64,000 nucleotides of DNA from the human T2T-CHM13v2.0 reference genome, Homo sapiens. Position 1 is the stretch's first letter; the number at the start of each line of letters is the position of its first letter. Made by a program: the position numbers and the translations under genes. Location of the stretch: assembly GCF_009914755.1 (NCBI RefSeq), contig NC_060940.1; one strand, written 5' to 3'. Below, one piece after another: positions 45,244 to 58,300 of this stretch. Below the pieces are notes generated by a model. That model saw only the letters and a list, made by a program, of their open reading frames with translations. It was not told the DNA's origin and searched no databases.

Positions 45244-48200
45244 GGTAGGGTCCATTCGATGTTGATTCCATTGGAGTGCATTCGATGATTCCATTCGAGT
45301 CCATTTTAGGATTTGATTCGAGTCCTTTCGACGATTCCATTCGATTCCACTCGATGATGATTTCATTCGAGTCCATTCGACACTTCCAATCGATTCCATT
45401 TGATGATTCCATTCGAGTCCAATTGATGATTCCATTCAATTCCATTCGATGATGATTCCGTACGATTCCATTCTGTGATGATTCCATGTGATTGCATTCA
45501 ATGATGATTCCTTTCGACTGCATTCGATTATGATTCATTTCGTGTTCATTCTATGGTTCCACAGGTTTCCATTCGATGACGTTTCCGTTCGTGTCCATTC
45601 CATTATTCCATTCTATTCCATTTGATGATGATTCCATTCGATTCCATTCATTGGTGATTCCACTCAATTCCATTCAATGATTCCATTCCATTTCTTTCAA
45701 CAATGATTCCATTAGTTTCTATTCGATGATCCACTTGATTCCATTTGGCGATGATTCCATTCGTGTCCATTCGATGATTCCATTTGATTCCATATGATGA
45801 TGATTCCATTCGATTCCATACCATGATGATTCCATTCGAGTCCATTCAATGGTGATTCCATTCAATTCCATTCGATGATTCCTTCCGATTCCATTCGATG
45901 ATGATGGCATTCGATTCCTTTCAATCATTCCCTTTGATTCCATTCAAAGGTGATTTCATTCAAGTCCATTCGATAATTGCATTCGATTCCATTCTATGAT
46001 GATTCCATTCGAGTCCATTTGATGATTCCATTCAATTCAAGTCAATGATGATTCCATTCGATTCCACTCGATGATTCCATTGGATTCCATTCGATGATGA
46101 TTCCATTCAAATCCATTCGATAATTCAATTCAAGTCCATTCGATGATGATTCCAATCGAATCCATTCAAAGATTCCATTCAATTCCATTCGATGATGATT
46201 CCCTTAGATTCCATTCGATGATTCCACTTGATTCCATTTACGATGATTCCATTCGATTCCATGTGATGAATCCATTCAATTCTATTCAATGATGTTTCCA
46301 TTTGATTCCATTGGACCATGATTGCCTTTGATTCCATTCAATGATTCCATTCGGTTCCATTTGATGATGATTCCGTTCGATTCCATTTCATTATTCCATT
46401 TGATTCCATTGGATGAGTCCATTCGATTACATTCGATGATTATTCCATTCGAGTGCATTAGATGATTGCATTCGAGTCCATTCGATGATTCCATTCGATT
46501 CCATTCGATGTTGATTCTGTTCAAATCCATTCGATGATTCCACTCGATTCCATTCGATGACTCCATTTGATCCCATTCGATGATTTCCTGTGATTCCCTT
46601 TGATGATCATTCTATTTGATTCAATTCGGTGATTTCATTTCATTCCATTCAGTGATGTTTCCATTCGACTGTATTCGATGATGATTCCATTCGACTCCAT
46701 TCGATTATGATTTCATTCAATTCCATTCAATAATGATTCCCTTCGAGTCCATTCGATGATTCCATTCGATTCCATTCAACGATGATTTGATTCGTTTCCA
46801 TTCGATGATTCCATTTGATTCCACTTGATGATGATTCCATTCGAGTCCATTTGATGATTCCATTCGAGTCTATTTATGTATTATATTTGTGTCCACTTCA
46901 TGATTCCATTCAATTCCATTTAATGTTGATTCCATTTGATTCCATTTGATGATTCAGTTCGATTCCTTGCAATGATTCCCTACGATTCCTTTCTATGATG
47001 ATTCCATTCGATTCCATTCATTGATGATTTCATTCGACTCCATTCGATGATGATTCCTTTCGATTCCATTTGACGATGTTTCCATTCGAGTCCATTTGAT
47101 GATGATTCTATTCAATTCTGTTCTATTATGATTCCATTCGATTTCATTCAATGCTTCTATTTGATTCCATTCGATGATGATTCCATCTCTTTCCCTTCGA
47201 TGATTCCATTTGATTCCATTCAGTGATGATTCCATTTGATTCCATCTGATGATGATTTCACTTGATTCCTTTCAATGATGATTCAATTCAAGTCCATTCG
47301 ATGATTCCATTGGAGTCCAAACGATCATTCCGTTCGATTCCATTCAATGGTGATTCCATTCATGTCCATTCGATGAATCCATTCAATTCCATTCGATGAT
47401 GACTCCATTCGAGTACATTCGATGATTCCATTTGATTCCATTTGAAGATGATTCCATTCAATTCCATTCGAAGATGATTCCATTCAATTCCATTCGATGA
47501 TGATTCCGTATGAATCCATTCTCTGATTATTCCATTCGATTCCATTCATTGACGATTCCATTCAATTCCATTCAATGATGATTCTCTTCTATTCCATTCG
47601 ATGATTCCGGTCGATTCCATTCGATGATGATTCCATTAGATTCCATTCGATTGTTTCATTCGATTCCCTTCGATGATGATTCCTTTGAATTCCATTCGAT
47701 TATCATTCCGTATGAATCCATTTGATGATTATTCCATTGGATTCCTTTCGATGATGATTCCATTCGATTCCATTTGATGATGTTTCTCTTGTATTCCATT
47801 GGATAATTCCTTTCAGTTCCCTTCGATGATTATTCTTTCGAGTCAATTCGATGATTCTATTCCATTCCCTTCGATGATGATTCCATTTCACTCCATTTGA
47901 TGATTCCATTCGACTCAATTTGGTGATGATTCAATTCGATGACATTCGATGACTCCATTCAATTTCATTTGATGATGATTACATTCGAGTCCATTTGATG
48001 ATTGTATTCCTTTCCTTTTGATGATTATTCCATTCGTGTCTATTCAAAGGTTCCATTCTATTCCATTCAATGATGATTGCATTTGATTCCATTCAATGAT
48101 TATGGCTATCGATTCCACTCGTTGATTCCATTTGATACCGTTCGATGATTATTCCGTTAGATTCCATTAGAAGATTCCATTCGATTTTATTCAATGATTC

Positions 48201-49373
48201 CAATGGATTCCATTCAATGATGATTCCATTCGACACCATTCAGTGATTCCATTCGAGTCCATTTGATGATTCCATTCTTTTGCATTTGATGATGATTCCA
48301 TTAGGGTCCATTCAATTATTCCATTCGAGTCCATTCGTTAACGCCTTTCGAGTCCTTTTGATCACTACATTCGAGTCCATTCAATGATTCTATTCGATTC
48401 CATTCCATGATGATTCCATTCGAGTTCATTCGATGATTGCATTCGAGTCCATTTGATGATTCCATATGATTCCCTTCGACAATGATTCCATTCGTGTCCA
48501 TTTGATGATTCCATTCATTTCCTATCGACGAAGATTCCATTCAAGTGTATTCGATGATTCCATTCAAATCCATTCGATGATGATTCCATTCCAGTCCATT
48601 CGATCATTCCACTTGATTCCATTTGATGACTATTCCATTCAAATCCATTTGATAATTCCATTCGATTCCATTCGATGTTACCATTCGAGTATATACGATG
48701 ATTCCACTCGATTCCATTTGATGATTATTCCATTGGAGTCCACTTAGTGAATCCTTTAGATTCTACTCGAAGATGATTCCATTCGAGTCCATTCGATGAT
48801 ACCATTCAATTCCATTCGTTGATGCTTCCATTCAAGTGCATTCGATGATATCATTCGATTCCATTTGATGATAATTCCATTTGATTCCATGCGATGATTC
48901 TATTCGATTCCATTCAATGATAATTCCATTCAATTCAGTGATTCCTCTGGACTCCATTTGATGATGATTCCATTCAATGATTCCATTCGATTCTATTCGA
49001 AAATGATTCCATTTGAATCCATTTGATGATGATTCCATTGGATTCCATTTGATGATTCCATTCGATTCCATTTGACGATGATTCCATTCGATTCCTTTTG
49101 ATGATTCCATTCTATTGTATTCGATGATGATTCCATTCGATTCCATTCGATGATGATTTGATTCGATTCCATTTGATGATTTCATTTGATTCCATTCGAT
49201 AATGATTTCGATCAATTCCATTCGATGATTCCATTCGATTCCATTCGATAATGATTACATCCGAGTCCATTCGATGATTCCATTTGAGCCCGTTCGATAA
49301 TTCCATTTGAGTCCAATCAATGATTCCATTCATTTCCATTCAATGATTCCATTCGAGTCCATTTGATCATTCC
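45244..49373 (+). repeat. Composite unit 9, 4130 bp: diverged HOR start, 1831-bp non-HOR HSat2, HOR end
   Basis: 6112+16+3-3832+1831=4130 matches the anchor spacing exactly. Confidence 0.88.
46866..48696 (+). repeat. Diverged HSat2 segment not belonging to the 6.1-kb HOR, single copy in this window
   Basis: Still HSat2-like, but contains words absent from the HOR (GAGTCTATTTATGTATTATATTTG, CCAAACGATC, TTATGGCTATC, GTTAACGCCTTT). ORF-track peptides at 46993-48747 have no counterpart in other units. Confidence 0.88.
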
Positions 49374-52300
49374 GGTAGGGTCCGTTCGATGTTGATTCCA
49401 TTGGAGTGCATTCGATGATTCCATTCGAGTCCATTTTAGGATTTGCTTCGAGTCCTTTCGATGATTCCATTCGATTCCACTCGATGATTTCATTCGAGTC
49501 CATTCGACACTTCCAATCGATTCCATTTGATGTTTCCATTCGATTCCAATTGATGATTCCATTCAATTCCATTCGATGATGATTCCGTACGATTCCATTC
49601 TGTGATGATTCCATGTGATTGCATTCAATGATGATTCCTTTCGATTGCATTCGATTATGATTCATTTCGTGTTCATTCTGTGGTTCCACAGGTTTCCATT
49701 CGTGTCCATTCCATTATTCCATTCTATTCCATTTGATGATGATTCCATTCGATTCCATTCATTGGTGATTCCACTCAATTCCATTCAATGATTCCATTCC
49801 ATTTCTTTCAACAATGATTCCATTACTTTCTAATCGATGATCCACTTGATTCCATTTGACGACGATTCCATTCTTGTCCATTCGATGATTCCATTTGATT
49901 CCATACGATGATGATTCCATTCGATTCCATACCATGATGATTCCATTCGAGTCCATTCAATGGTGATTCCATTCAATTCCATTCGGTGATTCCTTTCGAT
50001 TCCATTCGATGATGATGGCATTCGATTCCTTTCAATCATTCCATTTGATTCCATTCAAAGGTGATTTCATTCAAGTCCATTCGATAATTGCATTCGATTC
50101 CATTCTATGAGGATTCCATTCGAGTCCATTTGATGATTCCATTCAATTCAAGTCAATGATGATTCCATTCGATTCCATTCGATGATTCCATTGGATTCCA
50201 TTCGATGATGATTCCATTCAAATCCATTCGATAATTCAATTCAAGTCCATTCGATGATGATTCCAATCGAATCCATTCAAAGTTTCCATTCAGTTTCATT
50301 CGATGATTCCCTTAGATTCCATTCGATGATTCCAGTTGATTCCATTTACGATGATTCCATTCGATTCCATGTGATGATTCCATTCAATTCTATTCAATGC
50401 TTTTTCCATTTGATTCCATTCGACCATGATTGCCTTTGATTCCATTCAATGATTCCATTCGGTTCCGTTTGATGATGATTCCGTTCGATTCCATTTGATG
50501 ATTCCACTGGATTCCATTGGATGAGTCCATTCCATTACATTCGATGATTATTCCATTCGAGTGCATTAGATGATTCCATTCGAGTCCATTCGATGATTCC
50601 ATTCGATTCCATTCGATGTTGATTCTGTTCAAATCCATTCGATGATTCCACTCGATTCCATTCGATGACTCCAGTTGATCCCATTCGATGATTTCCTTTG
50701 ATTCCCTTTGATGATCATTCCATTTGATTCAATTCGGTGATTTCATTTGATTCCATTCAGTGATGTTTCCATTCGACTCCATTCGATGATGATTCCATTC
50801 GACTCCATTCGATTATGATTTCATTCAATTCCATTCGATAATGATTCCCTTCGAGTCCATTCGATGATTCCATTCGATTCCATTCAACGATGATTTGATT
50901 CGTGTCCATTCGATGATTCCATTTGATTCCACTTGATGATGATTCCTTTCGAGTCCATTTGATGATTCCATTCAATTCCATTCTCCGATGATTTCTTTTG
51001 AGCCCATTCAATGCTTCCACTCGATTCCATATGATGATGACTCCATTCGATGAAATTCGATGATGATTCCATTCGCTTGCTTTCGATGATGATTCCACTT
51101 GAGTCCGTTAGAAGATTCTATTCAATTACATTCCATGACGATTCCGTTCGAGTCCATTTGTTGATTCCATTAGACTCCATTCGACGATGATTCCATTCGA
51201 TGTTATTCGATGATTCCATTCGATCTCATTCGATGATGATTCCATTCAACTCCATTCGATGTTTCCATTCGAGTTCATTCTATTATTCCATTAGATTCCA
51301 TTCGATGATGATTCCATTCGATTCCATTTGATGATTGCATTCTATTTCATTTGATGATGATTCCATTCGAGTCCACTCGATGATTCCATTCGAGTCCATT
51401 TAATGAATCCATTGGTTTCAATTCTATGATGATTACATTGGATTCCATTCGTTGATGATTTCATTCGGTTCCATTCAATGATGATTCCATTCAATTCCTT
51501 TCAATGTTTCCATTCAATTCCATACGATGATGATTCCATTTGATTTGATTCGACAGTGAGCCATTCGATTCAATTCCATGATGATTCTATTTGATTCAAT
51601 TGGTTGACATTTCCATTCGATTCCATTCGATGATGATTCCCTTTGATTCCATTCAAAGATGATTCCATTCTAGCCCATTCAATCATTCCATTCGATTCTA
51701 TTCAATGATGATTCCATTCATGTCGATTTGGTGATTCCATTTGACTTCATTTGATGATGATTCCTTTCAAGTTCATTAGATGATTCCATTCGATTCCATT
51801 TGATGATGATCCCATTCGAGTCCATTCAGTGATTCCACTCGTTTCCATTCCATGATGATTCCATTCCATTCCATTCAATGATTCCATTCGATTCCGTTTG
51901 ATGATGATTTAATTCGAGTCCATTTGATGATTCCATTTGATTCCATTCAATGATGATTCCATTCGAGTCCATTCGATGATTCTATTCGAATCCATTTGAT
52001 GATTTCTTTTGATTATAGTTGGTGATGATTCCATTGGAGTCCATTCAATGATTCCATTCGATTCCAATCGATGGTGATTCCATTAGAGTCCATTTAATGA
52101 TTCCATTTGATTCCAGTCTCTGATGATTACATTCGAGTCCATACGATGATTCCACTCAATTCCATATGATGATGATTCCATTCGATTCCTTTCGATGATT
52201 CCATTCTATTCTATTCAATGGTGATTCCATTCGAGTACATTAGATGATTCCATTCGATTCCATTCAATGATGATTCTATTTGTGTCCCTTAGATGATTCC

Positions 52301-55300
52301 ACATGATTCCATTAGATGATGATACTATTTGAGCCCATCCAATGATTCCCTTCGATTCCATTCGATGAGGATTCCATTCGATTCAATTCATTGGTGATTC
52401 TATTCAATTCAATTCTTTGATTCCATTCCATTCCATTCGACAATGATTCCATTCGATTTCTTTCGATGATTCCACTCGATTCCACTTGACATTGATTCCC
52501 TTCGATTCCATTCAATGATTCCATTTGATTCCAGTGGATGATGATTGCCATCGATTCCATTCGATCACTCCATTCTATTCCATTTGATGATGATTACATT
52601 CGATTCCATTTGACGATTCCATCTGATTCTATTCGAGGATTCCATTTGATTCCATTCGATGATGATTCCATTCGAGTCCATTCGATGATTTCATTCGAGT
52701 ACATCCAATGATTCCATTCGAGTCCATTTGATGATTCCATTTGATTCCATTTCATAATGATTCTACTAGAGTCCATTCAATGACTCCATTGGAGTCCATT
52801 CAACACTTCCATTCGACTCCATTTGATGATTCCATTCGATTCCATTTGATGATTCCATTCGAGTCCATTTAATCATTACAGTCGAGTCCATTTGGTGATT
52901 CCACTGGATTTCTTTAGATAATGATACCATTCAATTACATTTGATGATGATCCCATTCAATTTCATTTGATGATGATTCCATTAGAGTCCATTCGATGAT
53001 TTCATTCGAGTCCCTTCATTGATTCCATCCGATTTCATTTCATGATGACTCCATTCGAGTCCATTCGATGATTCCACTCGATTCCATTAGATGATTCCAT
53101 TGGAGTCCATTTGATTGTTCCATTCGATTCCATTCGATTCCTTTCGAAGATTATTCCATTTGAGTCCATTCGATGATGATTCCATTCCATTCCATTCGAT
53201 GATTCCGTTTGATTCCATTCGATGAATCCCTGCGATTCCTTTCTTTGATGATTCCATTCCATTCCATTCAATGATTCCATTCGAATCTATTCCATGATGA
53301 TTCCTTTCGATTCCATTCGCTGATGTTTCCGTTCAATTCCATTCGATGATGATTCCATTCGATTCCATTCATTGAGGATTCCATTTGATTCCATTCAATG
53401 ATGTTTCCGTTCTATTCCATTCAATGATTGCATTCAATTCCATTCAATGATTATCCCCTTAGAGTAAACTCAACGATTCCATTCAATACCATTCGATGAT
53501 GATTCCTTTTGAGTCCATTCAATGATTTCATTCAAGTCCATTTGATGATTCCTTTCAATTCCATTCTATGATGATTCCATTCGAGTCCATTCGATGATTC
53601 CATTCGATTGCATTCGATTATTCCATTATATTCCAGTCAACGATGATTCCATTCGAGTCCATTCGATGATTCCATTAGAGTACATTTAATGATTGCTTTG
53701 TTTTCAATTCGAAGATGATTACATTGGATTCCATTCTATGATACCATTCGATTCCATTCAATGATGATTCCACTCAAATCCATTGGATGATTCCATTCGT
53801 GTCCATTCGGTGATTTCATTAGATTCCATTCCAGGATGATTCCATTCGATTCCATTCGATGATTCCATTCAATTCCATTCGATGATGATTCCATTCCAGT
53901 CCATATGATCATTCCATTTGATTTCATTCGATGATGATTCCATTCGATTCCATTCGATGATTCCATTCTATTCCATTCGATGATGATTCCATTCGAGTCC
54001 ATTCGATGATTGCATTCGAGTCCATTTAATGATTCCATTGGGTTCAATTCAATGATGATTACATTGGATTCCGTTCTATGATTCCATTCAATTCCGTTCA
54101 TTGACAATTTGATTCCATTCGATGATGATTCCATTTGAGTTCATTCGATGATTCTATTCGATTCTCTTCGATGGTGATTCAATTCTATTATATTGGATGA
54201 TTCCATTCGATTCCATTTGATGTTGATTCAATTCGATTCTATTCGATGATGATTCCATTGGATTTCACTTGATGATTCTATTCGATTCCATTCAATGATG
54301 ATTCACTTCTCGTCCATTGGATGATTCCATTTCATTCCATTCGATGATGATTCCATTCGATTCCATTCGATGATTCCATTTGATTCCATGCGACGGTGAG
54401 CAATTCGATTCAATTCCATGATGATTCTATTTGATTCAATTAGATGATGTTTCCATTCGAATCCATTCCATGATTATTCCATTGGAATCCATTCGGCGAT
54501 GATTCCATATGAGTCAATTCAATGATGATTCCATATGGGTCCGTTCGATGATAATTCCATTTGATTTCATTCGATGCTTCTATTCAATTCCAGTTGATGA
54601 TGATTCCGTTGGAGTCCATACGATGATTCCATTTGATTTCATTTGATGATGATTCCATTCGATGATGATTACATTGGATTCCATTCTATGATTCCATTCA
54701 ATTCCATTCGTTGATGATTCGATTCCATTCAATGATGATTCCATTTGAGTTCATTCGATGATTCTATTCGATTCCGTTCGATGGTGATTCAATTCTATTA
54801 TATTGGATGATTCCACTCGATTCCATTTGATGATTATTCCATTGGAGTCCACTTAGTGAATCCTTTAGATTCTACTCGAAGATGATTCCATTCGAGTCCA
54901 TTCAATGATACCATTCAATTTCATTCGTTGATGCTTCCATTCAAGTGCATTCGATGATATCATTCGATTCCATTTGATGATAATTCCATTTGATTCCATG
55001 CGATGATTCTATTCGATTCCATTCAATGATAATTCCATTCAATTCAGTGATTCCTCTGGACTCCATTTGATGATGATTCCATTCAATGATTCCATTCGAT
55101 TCTATTCCAAAATGATTCCATTTGAATCCATTTGATGATGATTCCGTTGGATTCCATTTGATGATTCCATTCGATTCCATTCGATGATGATTCCATTCGA
55201 TTCCATTTGATGATTCCATTCTATTGTATTCGATGATGATTCCATTCGATTCCATTCGATGATGATTGGATTCGATTCCATTTGATGATTTCATTTGATT

Positions 55301-58300
55301 CCATTCGATAATGATTTCGATCAATTCCATTCGATGATTCCATTCGATTCCATTCGATAATGATTACATCCGAGTCCTTTCGATGATTCCATTTGAGCCC
55401 GTTCGATAATTCCATTTGAGTCTAATCAATGATTCCATTTATTTCCATTCAATGATTCCATTCGAGTCCATTTGATCATTCCGGTAGGGTCCGTTCGATG
55501 TTGATTCCATTGGAGTGCATTCGATGATTCCATTCGAGTCCATTTTAGGATTTGATTCGAGTCCTTTCGATGATTCCATTCGATTCCACTCGATGATTTC
55601 ATTCGAGTCCATTCGACACTTCCAATCGATTCCATTTGATGTTTCCATTCGAGTCCAATTGATGATTCCATTCAATTCCATTCGATGATGATTCCGTACG
55701 ATTCCATTCTGTGATGATTCCATGTGATTGCATTCAATGATGATTCCTTTCGATTGCATTCGATTATGATTCATTTCGTGTTCATTCTATGGTTCCACAG
55801 GTTTCCATTCGTGTCCATTCCATTATTCCATTCTATTCCATTTGATGATGATTCCATTCGATTCCATTCATTGGTGATTCCACTCAATTCCATTCAATGA
55901 TTCCATTCCATTTCTTTCAACAATGATTCCATTAGTTTCTAATCGATGATCCACTTGATTCCATTTGACGACGATTCCATTCTTGTCCATTCGATGATTC
56001 CATTTGATTCCATACGATGATGATTCCATTCGATTCCATACGATGATGATTCCATTCGAGTCCATTCAATGGTGATTCCATTCAATTCCATTCGGTGATT
56101 CCTTTCGATTCCATTCGATGATGATGGCATTCGATTCCTTTCAATCATTCCATTTGATTCCATTCAAAGGTGATTTCATTCAAGTCCATTCGATAATTGC
56201 ATTCGATTCCATTCTATGAGGATTCCATTCGAGTCCATTTGATGATTCCATTCAATTCAAGTCAATGATGATTCCATTCGATTCCATTCGATGATTCCAT
56301 TGGATTCCATTCGATGATGATTCCATTCAAATCCATTCGATAATTCAATTCAAGTCCATTCGATGATAATTCCAATCGAATCCATTCAAAGATTCCATTC
56401 AGTTTCATTCGATGATTCCCTTAGATTCCATTCGATGATTCCACTTGATTCCATTTACGATGATTCCATTCGATTCCATGTGATGATTCCATTCAATTCT
56501 ATTCAATGCTTTTTCCATTTGATTCCATTCGACCATGATTGCCTTTGATTCCATTCAATGATTCCATTCGGTTCCTTTTGATGATGATTCCGTTCGATTC
56601 CATTTGATGATTCCACTGGATTCCATTGGATGAGTCCATTCCATTACATTCGATGATTATTCCATTCGAGTGCATTAGATGATTCCATTCGAGTCCATTC
56701 GATGATTCCATTCGATTCCATTCGATGTTGATTCTGTTCAAATCCATTCGATGATTCCACTCGATTCCATTCGATGACTCCAGTTGATCCCATTCGATGA
56801 TTTCCTTTGATTCCCTTTGATGATCATTCCATTTGATTCAATTCGGTGATTTCATTTGATTCCATTCAGTGATGTTTCCATTCGACTCCATTCGATGATG
56901 ATTCCATTCGACTCCATTCGATTATGATTTCATTCAATTCCATTCGATAATGATTCCCTTCGAGTCCATTCGATGATTCCATTCGATTCCATTCAACGAT
57001 GATTTGATTCGTGTCCATTCGATGATTCCATTTGATTCCACTTGATGATGATTCCTTTCGAGTCCATTTGATGATTCCATTCAATTCCATTCTCCGATGA
57101 TTTCTTTTGAGCCCATTCAATGCTTCCACTCGATTCCATATGATGATGACTCCATTCGATGAAATTCGATGATGATTCCATTCGCTTGCTTTCGATGATG
57201 ATTCCACTTGAGTCCGTTAGAAGATTCTATTCAATTACATTCCATGACGATTCCGTTCGAGTCCATTTGTTGATTCCATTAGACTCCATTCGACGATGAT
57301 TCCATTCGATGTTATTCGATGATTCCATTCGATCTCATTCGATGATGATTCCATTCAACTCCATTCGATGTTTCCATTCGAGTTCATTCTATTATTCCAT
57401 TAGATTCCATTCGATGATGATTCCATTCGATTCCATTTGATGATTGCATTCTATTTCATTTGATGATGATTCCATTCGAGTCCACTCGATGATTCCATTC
57501 GAGTCCATTTAATGAATCCATTGGTTTCAATTCTATGATGATTACATTGGATTCCATTCGTTGATGATTTCATTCGGTTCCATTCAATGATGATTCCATT
57601 CAATTCCTTTCAATGTTTCCATTCAATTCCATACGATGATGATTCCATTTGATTTGATTCGACAGTGAGCCATTCGATTCAATTCCATGATGATTCTATT
57701 TGATTCAATTGGTTGACATTTCCATTCGATTCCATTCGATGATGATTCCCTTTGATTCCATTCAAAGATGATTCCATTCTAGCCCATTCAATCATTCCAT
57801 TCGATTCTATTCAATGATGATTCCATTCATGTCGATTTGGTGATTCCATTTGACTTCATTTGATGATGATTCCTTTCAAGTTCATTAGATGATTCCATTC
57901 GATTCCATTTGATGATGATCCCATTCGAGTCCATTCAGTGATTCCATTCGTTTCCATTCCATGATGATTCCATTCCATTCCATTCAATGATTCCATTCGA
58001 TTCCGTTTGATGATGATTTCATTCGAGTCCATTTGATGATTCCATTTGATTCCATTCAATGATGATTCCATTCGAGTCCATTCGATGATTCTATTCGAAT
58101 CCATTTGATGATTTCTTTTGATTATAGTTGGTGATGATTCCATTGGAGTCCATTCAATGATTCCATTCGATTCCAATCGATGGTGATTCCATTAGAGTCC
58201 ATTTAATGATTCCATTTGATTCCAGTCTCTGATGATTACATTCGAGTCCATACGATGATTCCACTCAATTCCATATGATGATGATTCCATTCGATTCCTT

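Noticed and set aside
46866-48696. Mobile-element insertion as the origin of the island
   Set aside because: The island is itself HSat2-like, with no poly-A tail, terminal repeats or target-site duplication, and it replaces 3832 bp rather than inserting.
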